Of a DNA stretch of 64,000 bases, positions 8,735 to 18,153 are shown piece by piece. The notes under the pieces are model-generated. The model did no database searches and had not been told where the DNA came from. It saw nothing but the letters and a program-made list of their open reading frames with translations. How positions within the stretch are numbered: position 1 is the first letter of the stretch; each line of letters opens with the position of its first letter. Both the position numbers and the translations under genes were made by a program. The DNA comes from a candidate division WOR-3 bacterium (GTDB taxonomy: Bacteria; Hydrothermota; Tepidihabitantia; B3-TA06), in assembly GCA_965649265.1 (NCBI GenBank), contig CBFGKC010000001.1, positions 296,911 to 360,910 on the forward strand. Direction: 5' to 3'.

Positions 8735-8987
8735 AATACGTAGAAGAGGTTGCATGCGCGAGTCGGATCGTCTCCCTTCTTCAACATGCAGCCAGGAAAT
8801 TCGGGCTTTCTAGGGTAGCCCGCAAAAATGGCAGGTTATTAAGATGTGTGCATGTAAAAAAGTCAATGCGTCTCGTGAAAAAGGAGGTGCATTAACCTCT
8901 GCAATGAAGAGAAGTGTTCTCGATTATTTTCCAGAATGTCAAATCAATAATAAAATAAACTCTCAGCCCAAGATTAGGAGGTTGAGT

Positions 8988-11900
8988 ATGAAAAGCAATG
9001 TAAGGAGCGTCTGGCTCGGCCTTTGCCTTCTCGTGATACCCGGTCTTTTAATGGCCGGAATCACCGGCAAGGTTGCGGGAAGAGTTACAGACGATGCATC
9101 ACGTCAGCCGCTTCCCGGGGTTAACGTAATAATCCAGGGAACGGATATAGGAACCGCCACAGAAGCAGACGGTTCCTTCTCCCTCGCAAACGTTCCGGTC
9201 GGAACCTACAAGGTTGAGTTTTCAATGCTTGGTTACCAGACCGTGGTCGTGAGCGGAGTGAGCGTTACAGCCGACAAGGTGACGAGCGTGAACGCCAAAC
9301 TCAAACTGGGTTCAATCGAAATGCCTATTCAGTACGTTACCGCTCAAAAGGATGCCATTACAAAAGACCCTAACGTCGGTAAGATAACGTCCGGTAACCA
9401 GATAAGAACAACGGCTGGCATTTCGAACTACAACGACGTTGTAGCTCTTGCCGCCGGCGCCACAACGACGGGCAGCGGCAACTCGGGCGGTCTTCACATC
9501 CAGGGCGGACGAACCAACGAGATGGTCTACGTGGTTGACGGCATCAACGCCAACGACCCCGTGACCGGTCAGTCGGGTGTGTACATAGACAATACAGCCA
9601 TCCAGGAGATGACGATCAACACCGGTAGCTTCAACGCCGAGTACGGCGACGCCATGTCGGGCGTGGTCAACATCGTTACCCGTGAGGGTGCCGATCGCTT
9701 CAAGGCCGGCGTCGAATACGAGACCGATGCGCACCTGAGACTCAGCGACAATCCGGTTCAGTATCCCAACCCCGACATGTGGCACAACAAGGTTTCGCTT
9801 TCGGTTTCTGGCCCCTTCTGGGGATTAGGCGCTTCCGATTCAACCAGGTCAAGGATCAACAGCCCTTCGTTCTACATCTCGGGAAATCTTCTCGAACACG
9901 AGGACAGGTTGGTCTTCAGCGATCAGCACCGCAAGAACGGCACGCTCAAGCTTACGTGGCGTCCTGTCACAGGCGGTCCCAAGTTCACTCTTTCCGGAAA
10001 CTACTCCGACCAGTGGTATCACGCCTACGTACACGGCATGTCCAAGGGAATCTGGCTCGACGAGTTCGGACCCAGAGTCAAGAACACCAACTATCAGTTG
10101 AACCTTAAGGTCAACGGATCGATAGGCGGCAAGGACTCATCGCGCACCAAGTCTTCTCAAAGCCTTGCTTATACGGTTAACGTGGGGACATTCAACACCC
10201 AGCGCAAGGTTTCTTACATGGACGGTGCGAACTACAACGATTTTCGCATGGTAGGAAGACAGCTGATTCCGTGGGTTGGTTGGGCTTACAACTATACCTG
10301 GTATGAATCCAATCCCGATGTTCCCGGCGATTCAATGCTGAACAGGATTTACAATCCCGACTCTATGAATTTCCACCTTCCGGACTCCATCTTTGCATAT
10401 GTCAACGGAAGCGGTGATTCGGTGTTCATCAATATCATGGATCGCTACAATAAAGTGACCTCTGATCCCGACTCGGCGGTCTGGCTCTATTACAACGAGT
10501 TCATTTCGCAGAACGGCTACTTCTACCCAGGCGACAATAACTTTAACTGGTTCTCGTGGGAGGAGCAGCTTGAGGCGTACAACGAGCGCTGGTACTCGAT
10601 CAACGAGTGGCGTCCGACAATAGATGCCACCGGGGATACGGTAGGCGTCCACTACCATCTTTTCGATTTCGAGCGTTACCAGAAATACTATGATTTATGG
10701 AAGAACTGGAAAGATCCTCTTAATCCCGATGCGAAGAACCCTTACGATGACAGTCTCGAGACGTCGGGAAACATGTACTATGTGCGCTACAACTCCGATC
10801 CCCTGTTCAATCGCTTCAGCTACTATTTTGTTCCGTACTGGGAAAGCAGATCGACAACGAAGTACATCGCCGACGCATCCATCGACTGGGCACCTAACAA
10901 GCAGCATTGGGCCCGCTTCGGCGTCGTAGGCAATTACCATATGCTGGACTACTCGAGCATCCAGTTCGTAAACGAAAACCCCTACTCCGACAACTATCAC
11001 AAAGAACCGATCATTGCTGCGGCCTATGCCCAGGATAAATTCGAACTTGAGGATCTTCTCCTGAACTTCGGCCTCCGCTTCGATTACTTTGATCCTGCGT
11101 CCGAGTACTATATTGACCCCGAGAACGTTGATCTCGGGACCGCTAAGGCTCCGGCCAAATACCAGTTGAGTCCCAGACTTTCCCTGTCGTTCTCGGTATC
11201 CGAGAAAGCGAGCATGTATGCCTCTTACGGTCATTTCTTCCAACCGGTGGAATTGGGAGAGCTTTACCAAAACCTTAACGGTGATCTCTCAACAGGTGTG
11301 CCGCTTCTTGGAAACCCCAACCTTCCTCCTCTGAAGACTATCTTCTACCAGGCCGGTTTTACACAAGCTCTTTCACAGACTTTCTCCCTCGATCTGAAGG
11401 CATATTACAAGGATCAGGAGAACCTTCTTGCCACTCGTCAGGTGAACACGATCTACAAAGGAAAGCTTGCTTCGTACACGATCTACTCCATTGAAGATTT
11501 CGCGAAAATCAAGGGAGTGGATTTAACCGTTAACGGAGGAACCCTTAACAACGTCCTCGCCGGAACGGTCACGTATTCCTACATGGATGCCAAGGGTACG
11601 GGTTCCTCGGGCAGAGAATTCTACTACAGATATCGCGGCACCGCTCTTAATCAGCCCAAGCACGAGTATCCTCTGGAGTTCGACGTGACCCACTCGGTTA
11701 AGGCAGGCTTGAACCTATCTTCACCGCAAGATATGGAATCGAAGATTCTCAAGAACATGAACCTCAACGTTCAGTTTAACTATGCATCAGGCCCTCCCTA
11801 CTGGGCCTCAGACTCTCGCGGTAACCCTCTTCCATTGGGCAGCAAGCGCCAGCCCGGGACAAAAACCGTCAACGCCAAGCTTGAGAGGCTGTTCTTCTTG

Positions 11901-12188
11901 ACCAAGGATCAGAAACTCAGCATGAGCGTTTACATAGACGTTCAGAACGTCTTCAACTGGGTCAATGCGAATCAGGTTTACAGCACCACAGGCAAGCCCG
12001 ATGATCCAGGCGGCAGTCCCACCTACCAGGCGAACAACTACCGCAATTATGCCCTGTATGGTTTCAATTCCGAAGTCGAATACTGGCAGGCCGATGTTGC
12101 GGATTGGAAGAAATTCTACTCCGAAAATCCCAACATGTTTGGCGATCCGCGGATAATTAACTTCGGCCTTCGCTTTAACTTTAACTAG
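8988..12188 (+). CDS. TonB-dependent-receptor-like outer membrane protein with N-terminal carboxypeptidase-regulatory-like domain
   Basis: ATG at 8988 after AGGAGGttgagt. Signal peptide, then GKVAGRVTD...PLPGVNVIIQGT...GSFSLANVPVGTYKVEF (CarbopepD_reg-like), then a plug-like LHIQGGRTNEMVYVVDGINANDP and a long beta-rich C-terminus. Confidence 0.8.
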   Translation: MKSNVRSVWLGLCLLVIPGLLMAGITGKVAGRVTDDASRQPLPGVNVIIQGTDIGTATEADGSFSLANVPVGTYKVEFSMLGYQTVVVSGVSVTADKVTSVNAKLKLGSIEMPIQYVTAQKDAITKDPNVGKITSGNQIRTTAGISNYNDVVALAAGATTTGSGNSGGLHIQGGRTNEMVYVVDGINANDPVTGQSGVYIDNTAIQEMTINTGSFNAEYGDAMSGVVNIVTREGADRFKAGVEYETDAHLRLSDNPVQYPNPDMWHNKVSLSVSGPFWGLGASDSTRSRINSPSFYISGNLLEHEDRLVFSDQHRKNGTLKLTWRPVTGGPKFTLSGNYSDQWYHAYVHGMSKGIWLDEFGPRVKNTNYQLNLKVNGSIGGKDSSRTKSSQSLAYTVNVGTFNTQRKVSYMDGANYNDFRMVGRQLIPWVGWAYNYTWYESNPDVPGDSMLNRIYNPDSMNFHLPDSIFAYVNGSGDSVFINIMDRYNKVTSDPDSAVWLYYNEFISQNGYFYPGDNNFNWFSWEEQLEAYNERWYSINEWRPTIDATGDTVGVHYHLFDFERYQKYYDLWKNWKDPLNPDAKNPYDDSLETSGNMYYVRYNSDPLFNRFSYYFVPYWESRSTTKYIADASIDWAPNKQHWARFGVVGNYHMLDYSSIQFVNENPYSDNYHKEPIIAAAYAQDKFELEDLLLNFGLRFDYFDPASEYYIDPENVDLGTAKAPAKYQLSPRLSLSFSVSEKASMYASYGHFFQPVELGELYQNLNGDLSTGVPLLGNPNLPPLKTIFYQAGFTQALSQTFSLDLKAYYKDQENLLATRQVNTIYKGKLASYTIYSIEDFAKIKGVDLTVNGGTLNNVLAGTVTYSYMDAKGTGSSGREFYYRYRGTALNQPKHEYPLEFDVTHSVKAGLNLSSPQDMESKILKNMNLNVQFNYASGPPYWASDSRGNPLPLGSKRQPGTKTVNAKLERLFFLTKDQKLSMSVYIDVQNVFNWVNANQVYSTTGKPDDPGGSPTYQANNYRNYALYGFNSEVEYWQADVADWKKFYSENPNMFGDPRIINFGLRFNFN

Positions 12189-12205
12189 GTCGAAGGAGGA
12201 ATACA

Positions 12206-15200
12206 ATGCAAAAAAGATTGCTTACTCTGGGGCTTGCGGCTCTGGCTTTTCTCGTGGTTCCTCTCCAGGCCATGTGGAATGACCCAAGCGTAAAGCTTGC
12301 TCCCCAGATTAATACCAATAACCACTTGTTGACGACGAGAATAACGGACCAACCGGCCTTGTGGTGGAACATATGGTGGATTGACGTCGGTGATGTATCC
12401 GACTTTTGCATCAGCAACACACTGCAAGGCGGTGTGTTTGCCAGGCATCCGTTGGACGTGCACCCTTACGAGGGTTTGTATGTAATCCCTTCAATCACCG
12501 AGGATCTGGACCGGGGATCGAATGCCGAATACCCTAAAGGATCCGGGCAATACTACAACTACGCCTGGGGTCTTTGGGTTGGAAGCATGTATCCCACAGG
12601 TAAAGGGAAAAGTCCCAATGTTTCCAAATGCGCTTACAATACCGATTTGGGCGCAATGTCCGCTCCGGAGATGCAGGACGGCGGCGGCATTGGCGACGCA
12701 AGCAGGATCGGTTTGTATTTCAGTGACCAGGTGATCCCCAAGGGGTACGGCTTCTCCGGAGAAGGCGGCAACCTGTTTGCCGATCCGGGTACTACCCCTC
12801 TGAGTTACCAGGTAAAATGGCCGTTTGCCGATTCCACCGGTATCAATCCCAAAAGACGCGCCCTGGGCATGTCAGAACTTAACCCAGACAACGGCGACGT
12901 GGTTTCCATGCAGGATACGTATGCTTGCGCCGGAGACTGGATTCCAGTTGGTGATGCCAGAGGAATCTGGATAATGTCTACCGGGCCTTACGACGTTTGG
13001 GGCCAGGGTCTTCGTATAGAACAGAGAACCTACGCCTGGAATTACGAATACAACAATTCTGTCATCTTCATTAACTACAAGATACGCAACATGAACGACT
13101 TTGCGCTGGATTCGGTGTACTTCTCCTTCTTTATGGATAATGATATCGGATCCGGTGGAACCAACCCCGGGGATGACGGTTTCTGGGACGACCTTATCGG
13201 TTTCGACCAGAATCTCAACATGGGTTACACATATGACGCAAACGGTTCGGAAGCAGGCTGGGTAACACCTGCCGGTTACATCGGCGCTATCTTTCTTGAA
13301 ACCCCCGAGGACATAGGCTTGACGGGCCTCGAGACATGGCAGAATGCCACCGATCAGGTGATTGACAACCTCGGCACGGACAGCATAAAGTATGTCTACA
13401 TGACTTCCCAGAATTACGTGACCTGGGACAATCCTACGGATGTACGCCAGCTGATGAACTGCGGTCCGTACATGCAGCTTCTACCGAACGAAGAAGTTAA
13501 TCTGACGGTTGCGGTAATTCTGGCATACTCCCTCGACGAACTCAGGGCAAAAGCCAAGATTGCCAAGATACAGTACGACAACGGTTATTTCGGTTACACT
13601 CCTCCACCTAACCCCAAGCTTTCCATAGTTCCTGGAGACAGTACGGTCTATGTGACCTGGTCTGCAGACCCCGAAAGCTTTGTTGATCCGATGAGTAAGC
13701 AGAAGACATTCGAAGGATACAGGGTTTATAGAAGTCTCTCCGGCCTTTCGGGAACCTGGGATCTGAAGGGCGATTACGATCTTTCTGAATCCAAGAACCC
13801 TGATACCGTTGTTGCCAAACACAGTGTAGGACCGAGCAAGGCCACTATAAAGTTTGAAAAGGTTCTCAATACAACCGAGCTGTCAAAACTGGGATTCAGC
13901 AACAACACCTACACAATAACCTTCCAGCCTGATACCGTAGATACTTATTACATTGTGTACGACGTCGGAGAGCAGAAGGTTCTTAACTATAATGAAGCCG
14001 CTAAATCGGAAGGCGGATTCTGTGTTCTTGACAGTGTAGATGGTTTGGCCAAGCAGCTTCCTGCCGGTAAAGTCTATTACCCTTACACCTCGGGTGACGT
14101 CATTTTAATTGACGGTGCCCAGTTCGTTATCGCCGACGGCGTAAGCGGAGAGCCGGGATCGATCCTCAAACCATGGTACGGGGATCAGTTCACCATAAAG
14201 ACCTACACGGCGGAAGCCATCGGCGGCCAGGCAGGCATAAGACACTATTATCTTGATGAAGACGTCAAGAACGGGCAGATATACTATTACTCGGTAACCT
14301 CTTATTCAAGGCCTCAGCCCACAGAGAACGTAGGTTCGCTTGAGGGAGGTAAAACCGGGCAGACATACTGGGCAGTTCCCCGCAGCAACCCCTTGGGTTG
14401 GCAGGAAGCAAGCGCTGAAAAGGCAAGGCGTGTTGCCGGCAGCGGAAACGCCCTTGTGATTGACAGCGTAATATCGCCGGACCAGGTTACCGGGCACGAG
14501 TATGAGGTCGGCTTCCGCGGCGTATACGATACGCTGATCCAGGACACCATCGTTAAGTACGCCTATTTCAAGGATGTAACCGACAACAAGATACTTCTAG
14601 ACAATTACACCGTTCGTTCCGGTACATTGAGCGGCCCTATAATTGATGGAGTGCTTGTTCAGGTTGCAGCCGTTACCATGGACACCCTGGATCTCGAAAC
14701 GCAGATGGATACTCTTAAGACGGGCTGGTTGAGCAGACCTTCAGGCACCAATCTCGACTTCAAGGTCGAATGGCCTCAATCTACAGCAGGCAAGCCGGTT
14801 CCAAGGAGCTACGATTTTATTTGTGAAGTCGTTGATAGTGCGAGAGATGCCCTTAATAGACTCTGCAAATTCAAAGTGAAACGATACGACAATAATCAAA
14901 GTGTGCCGTTTTTATGGGGAAATGAGTCCAGTCCCGAAATCAGAAGCGGTTCACAGCTAACCATCTACTATCCTACTTTCGTTAAAGAGAACAATGCTTT
15001 CACCCTTTCCTTCATAGATACGATCATGCAAATCGATACAACCATTAACGGTGCGGACACTAATTACTATGACACCGTAAAGATAGCCAAATATCCTAAG
15101 ACCGGCGACAAGTTCCTTATCAAGGTTCTTAAACCCACTACCACAGCAGACCTGTTCCGCTTCCAGACCACTAAAGCCTCCATCGACGAAAATGACACGA

Positions 15201-15514
15201 CACGCACTCTTGCCGATATCAGAGTGGTTCCCAACCCCTACTACATCAGAGCTGCCTGGGATAGAACCCAGTATGACAGACACATTCTGTTCCAGAATCT
15301 GCCGATGAAGTGTACAATTCGATTATTCAGTTCGGCAGGGCTGCTGATTCGTACAATCAAGCATGACGGGACAGGCCTTACCGGGAAAGCGGGTTCCGAA
15401 GAGTGGAATCTGCTTACTGAGGAAGGTCTCGACTGCACGAGTGGATTGTATATATGGCAGGTTGAAACAGAGGATGGCAGAAAAGCCCTTGGCAAATTTG
15501 CCATCGTAAGGTAA
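12206..15514 (+). CDS. large secreted protein with T9SS-type C-terminal sorting domain
   Basis: RBS aaGGAGGaataca, signal peptide MQKRLLTLGLAALAFLVVPLQA. The C-terminal ~90 aa (VVPNPY...CTIRLFSSAGLLIRTI...SGLYIWQVETEDGRKALGKFAIVR) resemble the other CTDs in this window. Confidence 0.7.
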   Translation: MQKRLLTLGLAALAFLVVPLQAMWNDPSVKLAPQINTNNHLLTTRITDQPALWWNIWWIDVGDVSDFCISNTLQGGVFARHPLDVHPYEGLYVIPSITEDLDRGSNAEYPKGSGQYYNYAWGLWVGSMYPTGKGKSPNVSKCAYNTDLGAMSAPEMQDGGGIGDASRIGLYFSDQVIPKGYGFSGEGGNLFADPGTTPLSYQVKWPFADSTGINPKRRALGMSELNPDNGDVVSMQDTYACAGDWIPVGDARGIWIMSTGPYDVWGQGLRIEQRTYAWNYEYNNSVIFINYKIRNMNDFALDSVYFSFFMDNDIGSGGTNPGDDGFWDDLIGFDQNLNMGYTYDANGSEAGWVTPAGYIGAIFLETPEDIGLTGLETWQNATDQVIDNLGTDSIKYVYMTSQNYVTWDNPTDVRQLMNCGPYMQLLPNEEVNLTVAVILAYSLDELRAKAKIAKIQYDNGYFGYTPPPNPKLSIVPGDSTVYVTWSADPESFVDPMSKQKTFEGYRVYRSLSGLSGTWDLKGDYDLSESKNPDTVVAKHSVGPSKATIKFEKVLNTTELSKLGFSNNTYTITFQPDTVDTYYIVYDVGEQKVLNYNEAAKSEGGFCVLDSVDGLAKQLPAGKVYYPYTSGDVILIDGAQFVIADGVSGEPGSILKPWYGDQFTIKTYTAEAIGGQAGIRHYYLDEDVKNGQIYYYSVTSYSRPQPTENVGSLEGGKTGQTYWAVPRSNPLGWQEASAEKARRVAGSGNALVIDSVISPDQVTGHEYEVGFRGVYDTLIQDTIVKYAYFKDVTDNKILLDNYTVRSGTLSGPIIDGVLVQVAAVTMDTLDLETQMDTLKTGWLSRPSGTNLDFKVEWPQSTAGKPVPRSYDFICEVVDSARDALNRLCKFKVKRYDNNQSVPFLWGNESSPEIRSGSQLTIYYPTFVKENNAFTLSFIDTIMQIDTTINGADTNYYDTVKIAKYPKTGDKFLIKVLKPTTTADLFRFQTTKASIDENDTTRTLADIRVVPNPYYIRAAWDRTQYDRHILFQNLPMKCTIRLFSSAGLLIRTIKHDGTGLTGKAGSEEWNLLTEEGLDCTSGLYIWQVETEDGRKALGKFAIVR

Positions 15515-15525
15515 TGGAGGAAACG

Positions 15526-16626
15526 ATGAAGCTAAATAAGCGACTCCTTATCGTGACTATCGTGGGGCTGGCGCTGGCAATTACGCCAATGGCGGCCCGT
15601 CTGGGAGGCGCGGGCTCGTCGGCCGCTTTCCTCTCTATGGGCGGCGGTGCGCGTCCTATAGCCATGGGCTGCGCCTACACCGCACTGGCTGAAGGACCCG
15701 ACGCTCTGTTCTGGAATCCGGCAGGAATAGCCACCGCGGCGTCCCCGCAGGCTTCTTTCGGGCAGGCGATCCTTTTCGCCGGGATGCTTGAGGAAAACCT
15801 TGCCGGGGCATTCCCACTCGATCAGTCGAGCGCCCTAGGTGTCCAGGTTCTGGCTCATCTTTCGGGTCAGATAGAAATAACGACTTACGACCAACCGCAG
15901 GGAACAGGCCGGTACTACAGCGCTAACAATTACGCTGTCGGAGTCACGTACGCTCGCCAGATGACCGACAAGTTCTCCGCCGGTTTTACCGTAAAGCTGA
16001 TCGATCTGACTCTGGATCAGGTATCCGCCGTGGGCATTGCCTTTGACGCCGGCGCCACTTACAGGATAGACTTCAACAATCTCAGACTCGGATTTGCGAT
16101 TCAGAACTTCGGCCCCGACATGCGCTACGACGGCAGTCCTCTGGATTTCCTCACACACAAAGATACGCTTCAGACCGATGATATCCCTTCCAGCTATCTC
16201 TCGGAACCCTTCAGGCTTCCGTTCACCTTCGCTGGCGGCGCGGCCATTGACCTGGTTGAACCCGACAGCGTCGGAAGCGGATCACGCCTGACCCTTGCCG
16301 CGGACTTCTTTCATCTTTCAGACCAGTCCGCAAAGGGTGCCCTCGGTCTTGAATACGGTCTTAACGACATGTTCTTCCTGCGCTTCGGATTCGGAATCAA
16401 CACGGCTCCGGAACTTTCAAGCGATACCGCGGATTCCACTGCCCCGCCTATTGACGCAGCGACAATACTCAGAGAAGTTTTGTCAAACCGCAACGACCGC
16501 GGCCCGTCAGCCGGGCTCGGCGTTAAAATTCCTTTAGGAGATTATAAGCTGGCTGTAGACTACAGCTTCGAGTGGCACTGGTATCTTACACCCGTGCATC
16601 GTGCTTCTATTGGAATAAACTTCTAA
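15526..16626 (+). CDS. PorV/PorQ-like outer-membrane beta-barrel protein
   Basis: ATG at 15526 after GGAGGaaacg. Signal peptide, then GARPIAMGCAYTALAEGPDALFWNPAGIA, which is typical of PorV/PorQ-type (FadL-like) barrels. C-terminal aromatic residue. Confidence 0.6.
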   Translation: MKLNKRLLIVTIVGLALAITPMAARLGGAGSSAAFLSMGGGARPIAMGCAYTALAEGPDALFWNPAGIATAASPQASFGQAILFAGMLEENLAGAFPLDQSSALGVQVLAHLSGQIEITTYDQPQGTGRYYSANNYAVGVTYARQMTDKFSAGFTVKLIDLTLDQVSAVGIAFDAGATYRIDFNNLRLGFAIQNFGPDMRYDGSPLDFLTHKDTLQTDDIPSSYLSEPFRLPFTFAGGAAIDLVEPDSVGSGSRLTLAADFFHLSDQSAKGALGLEYGLNDMFFLRFGFGINTAPELSSDTADSTAPPIDAATILREVLSNRNDRGPSAGLGVKIPLGDYKLAVDYSFEWHWYLTPVHRASIGINF

Positions 16627-16645
16627 AGTCTCGTTTACAGAATTA

Positions 16646-16674
16646 ACCCCCGGGGGGCCTTGTTAAGGCCCCCC
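16646..16674 (+). terminator. GC-rich hairpin after the trio operon
   Basis: ggggggcc-ttgttaa-ggcccccc is a perfect 8-bp stem with no clear U-tract. Confidence 0.4.
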
Positions 16675-16842
16675 ATTACTTGGATCGGGAGGTCAATAAA
16701 ATGAATCACGAGGATTTAAACATCTGTTGCAAGAGATTATTTCAAAGCGGCTAATGGAAACTTTTAACATTATTTTTTCGTCTTAAAAGCAAGCATCCAA
16801 GAACCGAGGGAAACCATTCCCGTCCACTGTTGATGTTAAACC

Positions 16843-18153
16843 TTGATCAGTTCTTGGTGTCTAAAAGAGCAAAAGGAGCTTAAGATCAGTAACATATTAA
16901 AACTTGGCATATGGCTTTCCGTTTTGTCCACCGGGTTGATGGCTCAGAAGATCACCCTTAAAGAAGCGATTGAGACCGCGCTCAAGGAAAGCATATCGGC
17001 CGATCAGGCAAAACTGGAGAAGGTTCAGGGCACAGAAGCCCTGGTGGAAGGATTCGCAGGCTTTCTTCCCCGTTTATCAGCTTCCACCTCGAGCTCCTCA
17101 ACATCTCTGGACAGCATCGGCTCGGGTTCATGGTCGTCCCAGGTTTCCGTGGCACAGCCCGTAGTGGATGCCACAGCCATTATCGGTCTGGTCTCAGGAA
17201 TCAACCAGAACACAATGTATCGCAAGGAGTCAGTGCAAACGCTCTCCAAGCTGGTCGTAGACGTCGAAAAGTCCTACTATGACCTTGCGAAATCGGAGGC
17301 GCTTGTTTTAAGCGCAGATAAGGCATATAAAAGGGCCGAGGAGTCGGAGAGGGTTGTGAAAAAGAGATTTGAGCTCGGCGACGCCGGCAAGGCGGAAGCG
17401 TTGCAGGCCGAGGCCGCAACCCTTTCGGCGCAGATGCAGCTCACTCTGGCGGAGGGTCAGCTCAAGGACGCAAGGACTCATCTTTCAGACCTGATGAACG
17501 GCAGATACCAGGAAAGCGCGCTCGAAGCCGAGGAGCTGGCCGAACCGGAGAAACCTGATTCGTTGCCGACCACCGTGGTTTCGAACGAATTGCTGAAAAA
17601 TAATCCCGATCTTGAGGTTCTAAAATTCCAGACCCGGTCGTCGAGTATAAGTGTCTGGAATGCGTGGGCTGCGGTTTTGCCGTCGCTTTCGATATCTGCA
17701 GGCAAAACTTTCGTCCAGGACGGAGCCATTCCCGACCTCGCTCAGTGGGATGACGTTCCCACAGGTTACGGGATTTCAATCAGCATACCGTTTATAGATA
17801 TTCCTTCACGAGCGATAGCAATTAGTCGAGCACATATCACTCGAAGGCAGGCGCGTCTTGCTCAGGCATCCCAGGAGCTTACTGTAAAGGAACTTCTTTC
17901 GACTCTTCTTTACACCCAGAAAGTCTCGTATCAGAGTTTCGAGTTTGCCAAAAAGAGCGAGGACCTTGCCAGAGAGAATTACAACATTACAATCAAAAGT
18001 TATGAGCTGGGAGCTTCTTCGATAGTTGAACTCATGCAAGCCCAGGCGGATCTTGCAGAAGCGGAGCGTTCGCTTTCCGAAGCCAAGGCGAATTACTGGT
18101 CGAGCCGCGCAGATTTAAATTACGTTCTGGGCCGCTCACTGGAGGCAAGATGA
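16843..18153 (+). CDS. TolC-family outer membrane efflux protein
   Basis: ITLKEAIETALKES..., two coiled repeat halves, C-terminal ANYWSSRADLNYVLG. The start is uncertain (TTG at 16843). Confidence 0.8.
   Translation: MISSWCLKEQKELKISNILKLGIWLSVLSTGLMAQKITLKEAIETALKESISADQAKLEKVQGTEALVEGFAGFLPRLSASTSSSSTSLDSIGSGSWSSQVSVAQPVVDATAIIGLVSGINQNTMYRKESVQTLSKLVVDVEKSYYDLAKSEALVLSADKAYKRAEESERVVKKRFELGDAGKAEALQAEAATLSAQMQLTLAEGQLKDARTHLSDLMNGRYQESALEAEELAEPEKPDSLPTTVVSNELLKNNPDLEVLKFQTRSSSISVWNAWAAVLPSLSISAGKTFVQDGAIPDLAQWDDVPTGYGISISIPFIDIPSRAIAISRAHITRRQARLAQASQELTVKELLSTLLYTQKVSYQSFEFAKKSEDLARENYNITIKSYELGASSIVELMQAQADLAEAERSLSEAKANYWSSRADLNYVLGRSLEAR

Noticed and set aside
8844-8987. N-terminal extensions offered by the ORF track: 8844 for the TBDR-like gene, 3521 for ahcY, 34639 for lptG, 48264 for lipoprotein paralogue 2, 8755 for the lipoprotein, 57241 for PAP2, 59452 for the HEAT protein, and 57194 for the BNR fragment.
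   Set aside because: In each case an internal ATG has a proper RBS or a -10 box at leaderless distance, and it yields a normal signal peptide or conserved N-terminus. The extensions overlap upstream genes or promoters.
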